Source: an uncultured Bacteroides sp. (lineage in GTDB: Bacteria > Bacteroidota > Bacteroidia > Bacteroidales > UBA11471). From it: a stretch of 64,000 nt of DNA. Shown in pieces: positions 57,319-64,000 of the stretch. Position 1 is the first letter of the stretch, and the number at the start of each line of letters is the position of its first letter. The DNA lies in contig OZ007034.1 of NCBI GenBank assembly GCA_963931635.1, positions 2,437,883 through 2,501,882 of the forward strand. Direction: 5' to 3'. The notes under the pieces are model-generated. The model did no database searches and was not told the origin of the DNA. It worked only from the letters and a program-made list of their open reading frames with translations. A program made the position numbers and the translations under genes.

Positions 57319-58335
57319 TTACTCTATATAATTTACTTCGGGTGATAAATCGATACCGTATGTTGTCTTTATGGAGCGGACAATCTCATCGGCCAATCCG
57401 GTGATGTCGCCGACCGTGGCTGTACCCCGGTTGACAAGTACCAGCGACTGCTTTTCGTAGACTCCGGCTCCACCATAACTCTTTCCACGCCAGCCGGCAC
57501 GATCGATAAGCCAACCGGCCGGAAGCTTTACTCGTTTGTCGTCGACCGGATAGTGCGGCATATCGGGAAACCTCGTTTTCAAACTCTCGTAAAGCTCTTT
57601 CGGGACAATCGGATTCTTGAAAAAACTGCCGGCATTGCCTATTTTATCGGGGTCTGGCAATTTGGCTTGGCGAATCTCAATTACAGCCTGACGGACATCG
57701 GACAGTGTCGGACATGCACACCGAGTCACTACCTCTCGCAGATTGCCATAGTCGAGATGGAGTGTCGCCTTTTTCTGCAACCTGTACTGCACGGCCGTTA
57801 CGACATACTGTCCGCGATACCGGTTTTTGAAAATACTGTCGCGGTAACCATAGGCACACTTCTCCTGCGTAAAGACCCGAGGCTGTGCCGTGCGCATGTC
57901 GATGGTCTCTACCTTTTCTATGACATCTTTCACCTCTACGCCATACGCTCCGATATTCTGTACGGCCGAGGCACCGACTTCTCCGGGAATGAGTGACAGA
58001 TTTTCAACGCCGCCCCAGTTGTGCTCGACACAATACGCCACAAAGTCGTCCCACACGACCCCGGCTCCCACGCGCAACACAAGCGAATCGCTATCTTCCG
58101 AGACAGTCTCGACATACCGTATGGCCGAATGCAATACGACACCCGGGTAATCGTGCAAAAAAAGCAAATTACTGCCCCCACCGATGTGGTAAAGGGGATA
58201 TTGTCGCAACAATGGCGAATCTTTCAGAAAGGCACACAATTCGTCGACCGTATCGTACTCAACAAAGTAACGGGCCTTTATCGGCAAATGGAATGTATGC
58301 TTCTCCTGCAACGGACAGTGTTCCTCTATTCTCAT
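57319..58335 (-). CDS. murB: UDP-N-acetylmuramate dehydrogenase
   Basis: The ORF 5' end at 58341 is a TTG; I prefer the ATG at 58335. FAD-binding PCMH domain (HIGGGSNLLF) and a MurB C-terminal domain. Confidence 0.92.
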   Translation of the reverse strand: MRIEEHCPLQEKHTFHLPIKARYFVEYDTVDELCAFLKDSPLLRQYPLYHIGGGSNLLFLHDYPGVVLHSAIRYVETVSEDSDSLVLRVGAGVVWDDFVAYCVEHNWGGVENLSLIPGEVGASAVQNIGAYGVEVKDVIEKVETIDMRTAQPRVFTQEKCAYGYRDSIFKNRYRGQYVVTAVQYRLQKKATLHLDYGNLREVVTRCACPTLSDVRQAVIEIRQAKLPDPDKIGNAGSFFKNPIVPKELYESLKTRFPDMPHYPVDDKRVKLPAGWLIDRAGWRGKSYGGAGVYEKQSLVLVNRGTATVGDITGLADEIVRSIKTTYGIDLSPEVNYIE

Positions 58336-58347
58336 ATTCAAAAATTT

Positions 58348-59250
58348 TTATCGGTATCGCGACAGTTTTCCGTCTTCAAAATAAAGATAGGCTCCCGTAC
58401 GGTAGAACCACTCCTCTTTCAATCCGCTATATGTGGGTATCTCACGGGCATTCTGCGGACTGCCCAGCGACAAGCGGCACTCCTCCTTGGTCATACCTAC
58501 CGTTACCCGTCCACAAGTAATCAGTTGCCAATGTTCGTCGGGAATTTCTTCGTAAGCCAACCGTGGATTGTCAAACGTAAAAAGCCGCTCGAATGTAGCC
58601 GCTTGCAAACGAGAAGTGCGGGTCAAGGAACCGAATATGCGGTATGTTGCCCCACTTGTATCGCGAAAAACAAAGGCAATGGGGTAAACGCTGTTCCCGG
58701 GTTCTATGTCGATGACTTTCACCTCGCAATACCTGCGGTTTGACAACGTATTTCCCACCGAATCGACCCAAGTAGCCGGTCGCGTGTACAACGTTTTTCC
58801 CACCAGCAGCATACGGGCCTTGTATATGTCGTCTTCGGCCACCAGCATGGGCAGCAGCGGGGTATATGACGAGCCGACTATCTCTTCACGGCTCTTTCCT
58901 GTCCTGAAATAGTAATTCTTTCCTTCACAGACAAAACGGAGATTGACCGTTCCAGTTCTCCACGGTGAGGCTTCGGCCATACCTTCATAGACGAATATCT
59001 TACCCCGGTAGGTACTGTCGGTCGCGGTAATGACCTGAGGTTGCAGCAGCGGCGACAAGGTTTCATCGAGATAAATAAAACGGCGCCCCTCATTCCACTC
59101 CCGACAAGGTGATTCAGGGAAATAGGTCTCCATGAAAACCTCTTCCTTTGATTTTTCGGGAAGTGATTCCTTTTTTCTTCTCGCCTCGACGGGAAGAGAA
59201 AGCGATAACAATATGCCTATAAATAATATGCCAAAAATGAAACGATACAT
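58348..59250 (-). CDS. Hypothetical secreted protein
   Basis: ATG at 59250 and signal peptide MYRFIFGILFIGILLSLSLPVEA. No family recognised. It is packed between mutL and murB. Confidence 0.55.
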   Translation of the reverse strand: MYRFIFGILFIGILLSLSLPVEARRKKESLPEKSKEEVFMETYFPESPCREWNEGRRFIYLDETLSPLLQPQVITATDSTYRGKIFVYEGMAEASPWRTGTVNLRFVCEGKNYYFRTGKSREEIVGSSYTPLLPMLVAEDDIYKARMLLVGKTLYTRPATWVDSVGNTLSNRRYCEVKVIDIEPGNSVYPIAFVFRDTSGATYRIFGSLTRTSRLQAATFERLFTFDNPRLAYEEIPDEHWQLITCGRVTVGMTKEECRLSLGSPQNAREIPTYSGLKEEWFYRTGAYLYFEDGKLSRYR

Positions 59251-59259
59251 CACCAAGTC

Positions 59260-61170
59260 TTACCGGAACCGTTTTTGTAATTCGTCGTCACTGACCACTG
59301 AAACAACCGTCTTGCCGTCGGGAGTATAGTGTGGAGAGGCCAAAGAGAAAAGGTCGCTGATCAACTTTTCCATTTCCAACGGTGAGAGTATCTGCCCGTA
59401 AGGAATAGCCGCCGACTCGGCCAACGCCAAAGAGATGGCCTCGTGTACATCGACACTCACATCTCCCCCCTTCTGGGTAGCTGTTTCAAGCATCTTGTCA
59501 ATCAACGTCGGCACATCAAGACCGTCGATGCCGGCCGGCACGGCATTGACGGCAAAAGAGCCCCCACCCATGTCGGAAATATCGAAACCCAACGCCTCGA
59601 AATCGTCCTGTACCGATGCCAGTCCAGCCCCTTGGGCGGGTGACAGCTGTATCATCTCGGGAAAGATGAGCCGCTGAGAGACCCCTTTCTTGTCTTGCAG
59701 ATACGACATATATTTGTCGAAAAGTATACGCACATGAGCCCTGTGCTGATCGATAATCATCAGGCCCGACTTGACCGATGTCAAGACATACCGACCCTTG
59801 ATTTGGAGATGTTCCCAGCCCGTATCGATAGAGCGCGACGGCTCCTGCATAGGTATCGACAAGGGTATGGCATCGGTCGATGCCTCTGTGGGCGGAATGT
59901 CGGTTACCGATATCTGCCGATTGATTTTGGACGGAATTTTTATCTGATTCTCCGTATCGGGAAAGGCGGGCTCGTCCTTGTCTTTACCCGACTGAAAATT
60001 TTCGTAAAGTTGGGTCCAGTCGTAATCGACACGACGAGAACCTGACGTCGGCCTCGACGGAGCCGAAAAAGGATTGTAATCGGGAGAATAGGATACCCTT
60101 GGGGGAACAACCTCCTGTCCTGTATGTAGAATGGGTATTTCGGGGGCACCTTCGGCATCGAAGTTGATAGAAGGTGCCGCATTGAACTTACCCAACGTCT
60201 CTTTTACGGCCGCCGAGAGAATCTGCCATATTGGCTGCTCGTTCTCGAATTTTATTTCGGTCTTCGTAGGGTGTATGTTAACATCGATTGTCGATGGATC
60301 GACTTGAATATGAAGGAAATAGTGCGGCATCTCCCCTGCCGGCAACAACTGCTCATAATTGGTCATGACAGCCTTGTGGAAATAGGGGTGGCGCATATAC
60401 CGTCCGTTGACAAAGAAATATTGCCAGGCATTGCGTTTGCGGGCTGCCTCGGGGTGTCCGATGTAACCGGTAATAGATACGAGAGAGGTCTGCACGTCGA
60501 CCGAGAGAAGATGTTGATTGAGATTTTTTCCGAAAAGAGCGACAATTCGCTGGCGGAAATTCGCTGGCGGGAGATTGTACAACTCGACATCGTTATGAAC
60601 AAGTTTGAAAGCAATCTGTGTATTTATCAATGCCGTGCGTTCAAACTCGGATAAGATAAACCCAAACTCAACTTGGTTCGACTTCAAAAACTTTCTTCTT
60701 GCCGGGACATTGAAAAAGATATTCTTCACCATAAAGTTTGCCCCCGCAGCACACGATACATACTCCTGTGACTCCACCTTTGAACCCGAGATAAGTATGG
60801 AGGTGCCTATTTCATCTTCGGGACGGCGGGTTCGTAACTCCACTTGCGCAACGGCTGCAATCGAAGCGAGTGCCTCGCCCCGAAATCCCATGGTATGCAA
60901 TGTATAGAGGTCTTGTGCCGATTTTATTTTTGAGGTGGCATGGCGTTCAAAAGAAAGGCGGGCATCGGTCTCGGACATTCCTTTACCATTGTCAACAACC
61001 TGAATCAGTGTACGACCGGCATCTTTGATATATATCTGTATCTCAGTGGCTCCTGCATCGATGGCATTCTCTACCAACTCTTTCACCACGGAGGCCGGTC
61101 TCTGTATGACTTCTCCGGCGGCAATCTGATTAGCCACAGAATCGGGTAAGAGATGAATTATATCGCTCAT
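59260..61170 (-). CDS. mutL: DNA mismatch repair protein MutL
   Basis: GHKL N-terminus (IHLLPDSVANQIAAGEVIQRPASVVKELVENAIDAGAT) and a C-terminal dimerisation domain. Confidence 0.97.
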   Translation of the reverse strand: MSDIIHLLPDSVANQIAAGEVIQRPASVVKELVENAIDAGATEIQIYIKDAGRTLIQVVDNGKGMSETDARLSFERHATSKIKSAQDLYTLHTMGFRGEALASIAAVAQVELRTRRPEDEIGTSILISGSKVESQEYVSCAAGANFMVKNIFFNVPARRKFLKSNQVEFGFILSEFERTALINTQIAFKLVHNDVELYNLPPANFRQRIVALFGKNLNQHLLSVDVQTSLVSITGYIGHPEAARKRNAWQYFFVNGRYMRHPYFHKAVMTNYEQLLPAGEMPHYFLHIQVDPSTIDVNIHPTKTEIKFENEQPIWQILSAAVKETLGKFNAAPSINFDAEGAPEIPILHTGQEVVPPRVSYSPDYNPFSAPSRPTSGSRRVDYDWTQLYENFQSGKDKDEPAFPDTENQIKIPSKINRQISVTDIPPTEASTDAIPLSIPMQEPSRSIDTGWEHLQIKGRYVLTSVKSGLMIIDQHRAHVRILFDKYMSYLQDKKGVSQRLIFPEMIQLSPAQGAGLASVQDDFEALGFDISDMGGGSFAVNAVPAGIDGLDVPTLIDKMLETATQKGGDVSVDVHEAISLALAESAAIPYGQILSPLEMEKLISDLFSLASPHYTPDGKTVVSVVSDDELQKRFR

Positions 61171-61176
61171 AATAAA

Positions 61177-62823
61177 CTATTCACTTTCTTCATCCAAAAA
61201 CTCCTCGCTACGGCGCACTTTCTTGGTTTCAGATCGTGGACGCCGTGTCTCTCTGAACACATCAAACTTGTTTTGAGGCCGATAACTCTCATACCACTTG
61301 TAATCGGGCAGAAATATCATATCGGGTTTCAGCTTGGAAATCGGGGTCATCGTTCCGTCTACGGTCGGCCACATTTTCAATTTGTCCATTTGTCGGTTTT
61401 TCATATACATGGTCAAGAAACTTGTCTCGGCCATATTCATGCCGGTAAAAGTCATATCCGACTCCTGAGGATAGAAAATGGTTTGTACGTTGCCGCTCAC
61501 GTCGACCTGCGAAATATCGCCATTGACAAAATAGGCTTTCAGGTCTTTACCCGACAATTGGTCGAAAAAGGCCGTATCCTTCTGCTGCGTGGCAAATGCA
61601 AAATCGGGAATATGCGCCCAGTCGATGGTCGAATCGTTCATATAGACCTTTATCGTATCGCCAAAAATCTGGTAATCGAGATTCCACATAATAGGACCAT
61701 CCATCATGACCAGCACCGAGTCTTCGACACGGTACTCCATGGAGTCGCATATCGCCTGTATATCATGCCGATACATGCGCACATCGTGGTAAGCCAGCAA
61801 TACACGTCGAGACTGATTCAATTTCAAAGATTCCAAAGTGTCGGCGTGCAGATAGAGTGTATCGGGTTGCGAGTAATCGACAAGCAAAGCCGAGTCGGTC
61901 GAGAATGACTCTTCGCTCCTTTCATTATAAAAACCATAATGACCGTGCATCTGCATCATACGCAACGTGTCGTCGACAACCATATGGCCGAAGACTTCGC
62001 CGAAGCCGTTGTTTCTGTCGTAGAAAATAGTATCACCGGTAAGTTTCTGACTCTTCGAAACAATAAGCGAACGATCGTAAAGCCGGGCTAAATCGTTGGC
62101 AGTATCGTAGAAGCCCAACGAAGAGTATATCGTATTGCTGTCGGACACAATAACCGAGGGTCCCAGTATGTCGGCAATCTTTGTCGTCGTGTTGTATTCC
62201 AGCGTATCGGAATAGAGCGTAAACTGCGGATTGAACAGCTTCACGTCGTAATTGAACACCGCGTTCTTGGTGTCGGGTGAATATTGCCCATAAAACGAAG
62301 TGAGCCGATTAACGGTATCGGCTACCTCTCCTCCTTCGAAATAGTATCCGATGTTTATCTCCATGTCGTAGTTGAAGCTATCGGTTGTCAATACGACATC
62401 GCGGTTGATCATGCGCACGTTGTTGCGGATACGCGCAAATTGGGTTTCGCCGTCGTAATAGAGTTCATCGCCATAGATAAACAAGGTATCGCCCTGCTCC
62501 ATGCGAACATTGCCGAAAGCGTCGAGTGAGTTGGTCTTCTCATAGAAATAGGCACTGTCGCAATACATGTACATACTATCCTTACGAAAGCGCACATCGC
62601 CTCGGAGAATTTGGAAGTCGGGCGTAATCAATTCATTAAATTCCAACTCATTGGCTGCTTCAAGGAATACCCGTTCTTTGGTTGCGACCGATGTTGTGTC
62701 GGGTTGGCGACGCTCCGGCGGTACAATAGCCGAAGCCTGACCTGCAACAATACTTACAAACCATCCCACGCAAAAAAGCGACGACCGGAGAGACGGGAAC
62801 TTTTGATAGAATCTTATCGGCAT
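61177..62823 (-). CDS. OstA-like (LptD N-terminal-type beta-jellyroll repeat) protein
   Basis: 548 aa with a signal peptide and repeated GD/GN-containing OstA-like segments (GDVRFRKDSMYMYCDSAYFYEKTNSLDAFGNVRM...). Confidence 0.6.
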   Translation of the reverse strand: MPIRFYQKFPSLRSSLFCVGWFVSIVAGQASAIVPPERRQPDTTSVATKERVFLEAANELEFNELITPDFQILRGDVRFRKDSMYMYCDSAYFYEKTNSLDAFGNVRMEQGDTLFIYGDELYYDGETQFARIRNNVRMINRDVVLTTDSFNYDMEINIGYYFEGGEVADTVNRLTSFYGQYSPDTKNAVFNYDVKLFNPQFTLYSDTLEYNTTTKIADILGPSVIVSDSNTIYSSLGFYDTANDLARLYDRSLIVSKSQKLTGDTIFYDRNNGFGEVFGHMVVDDTLRMMQMHGHYGFYNERSEESFSTDSALLVDYSQPDTLYLHADTLESLKLNQSRRVLLAYHDVRMYRHDIQAICDSMEYRVEDSVLVMMDGPIMWNLDYQIFGDTIKVYMNDSTIDWAHIPDFAFATQQKDTAFFDQLSGKDLKAYFVNGDISQVDVSGNVQTIFYPQESDMTFTGMNMAETSFLTMYMKNRQMDKLKMWPTVDGTMTPISKLKPDMIFLPDYKWYESYRPQNKFDVFRETRRPRSETKKVRRSEEFLDEESE

Positions 62824-62829
62824 CGGCTC

Positions 62830-64000
62830 TTATTTCTTTATCCAACCATCGTACATGAATTCGCAATCGTCCCATCCTTCCTTGATGCGTACATAGGTCT
62901 CTTTCTGTTTCTCGCGAATCCAGTTATCGATGAGTTCATTTCGTTTATGCTCCTCGACTATTCCTTTCAAGATTTGGAAATCGTTCGAGACATTGGCCTT
63001 ATGCCCGGGAATGCGCGATTTCAACTTGACCATGACAACAACCTCTTTTCCACGTTTCTGGTCGATCATGGTAAAAGGTTCGGAAATATCACCCACCTCC
63101 ATCTTGTCTACAACCTTGGCAATTTCCTGGGGGAGTTGATCCATCTGGAACTTGGTCGTCGACACACCATTCTCCGACATATTGACCATAAGCCCCTTGT
63201 TGTTACGTGTCTCCTTGTCTTGAGATACATATTGTGCCGCATCTTCGAAACTTATTTTTTTATCGACAATATCTTGTCGAAGAGTGTCCATGCGAGCCAA
63301 GGTCTGGCTGAGTTCTTCGTTAGAGACTCTCGGACGCAACAATATGTGTCGGCAATTGATGCGATCGCCTCGTTTTTCGATAAGCTGTATGATATGATAT
63401 CCAAACTCTGTTTCAACAATCTTGGAAACTTTCTTGGGGTCGTTCAAAGAGAATGCCACATTGGTAAACTCTGGCACCATATCGGCCCGGCTGAAAAAGC
63501 CCAACTCTCCTCCCCGACGTGCCGATACAGGATCTTCGGAATAGAGAATGGCCAAAGTCGAAAACTCAGCCTCACCCGAGGTTATACGTTCGCTGTACTC
63601 ACGCAGACGAGCCTTGATGTCGTCGATTTCCTGCTGAGGAATGAGCGGGTCGACACGTATCAACTGCACTTCGACCTGCACGGGAATATAGGGCAGACTA
63701 TCGGTCGAATAGGTGGTATAAAAACGACGCACATCGGCCGGCGATACTTTCAATCCTTCGACCAATTTTCTTTGCATGGCACTTACCGTCAACTGGTCAC
63801 GGACTGTTGATGACAATTGTTCCCGCAACTGGGGAATTGTAGCATTGAAATACTCCTCGACTTTCTCTTTTGAGCCTATCGAGTTAATCCACATATTGAT
63901 ACGTTGCTCCACGGTGGAAAACACCTCCGACTCAGTGACAAACACGCTATCGAGGCGCGCCTGCGTCAAGAACAGTTTCTGTATGGCAATCTGCTCGGGA
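62830..64000 (-). CDS. SurA-like peptidyl-prolyl cis-trans isomerase (parvulin/PpiC type), 5'-truncated by window edge
   Basis: PpiC rotamase motif (ETEFGYHIIQL). The reading frame stays open to the window edge (…PEQIAIQKLFLTQARLD…), so the N-terminus lies outside the window. Confidence 0.85.
   Translation of the reverse strand, partial: PEQIAIQKLFLTQARLDSVFVTESEVFSTVEQRINMWINSIGSKEKVEEYFNATIPQLREQLSSTVRDQLTVSAMQRKLVEGLKVSPADVRRFYTTYSTDSLPYIPVQVEVQLIRVDPLIPQQEIDDIKARLREYSERITSGEAEFSTLAILYSEDPVSARRGGELGFFSRADMVPEFTNVAFSLNDPKKVSKIVETEFGYHIIQLIEKRGDRINCRHILLRPRVSNEELSQTLARMDTLRQDIVDKKISFEDAAQYVSQDKETRNNKGLMVNMSENGVSTTKFQMDQLPQEIAKVVDKMEVGDISEPFTMIDQKRGKEVVVMVKLKSRIPGHKANVSNDFQILKGIVEEHKRNELIDNWIREKQKETYVRIKEGWDDCEFMYDGWIKK

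Overview
This is a 64-kb chromosomal window from a Bacteroidales-type genome. The evidence is Bacteroidetes-style TAnnTTTG -7 promoter boxes in front of many genes, an UpxY antiterminator, and a Bacteroidetes-type housekeeping gene set. Core genes run at roughly 45-55% GC by my hand counts of single 60-nt lines. I call about 55 intact CDS plus 2 gene remnants. I recognised no rRNA or tRNA gene, CRISPR array, transposase, integrase or phage gene. Most of the window is conserved housekeeping: radA-FAD oxidoreductase-cstA, holA, pyrK-pyrD, htpG, clpC, gyrA, smpB, an aminotransferase, an FtsX/LolE-like permease, sppA, PIN-PhoH, mdh, groES-groEL, recQ, dgkA, murB, mutL, and OstA-like and SurA-like proteins. 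The only accessory block is a ~17.5-kb UpxY-led capsular polysaccharide (CPS) operon at 25485-42999. Its middle (~30.4-40.6 kb) is a low-GC cassette, about 28-35% GC. Points worth a second look: (1) an orphan CMP-sugar module inside the CPS operon: a cytidylyltransferase, an LbH acetyltransferase, and a 338-aa protein I cannot assign to a family that carries a KGHP motif. No synthase for the sugar is present anywhere in the window. (2) A degenerate tandem duplicate of the GT4/GT26 gene junction at the 3' end of the locus, which looks like a deletion or recombination scar. (3) A compositional breakpoint inside the wzx flippase gene. (4) A ~730-bp palindrome-dense, very AT-rich non-coding region upstream of an HTH regulator gene. 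(5) A degenerate ~85-bp tandem repeat carrying a promoter box and a small palindrome upstream of recQ. (6) A GGCAT-N5-T(T/C)G motif shared by the upstream regions of groES, clpC and htpG. I did not find a self-contained novel system such as a defence island, toxin module or mobile element. The CPS observations are the strongest candidates, and they are hypotheses built from motif-level reading, not from database searches.
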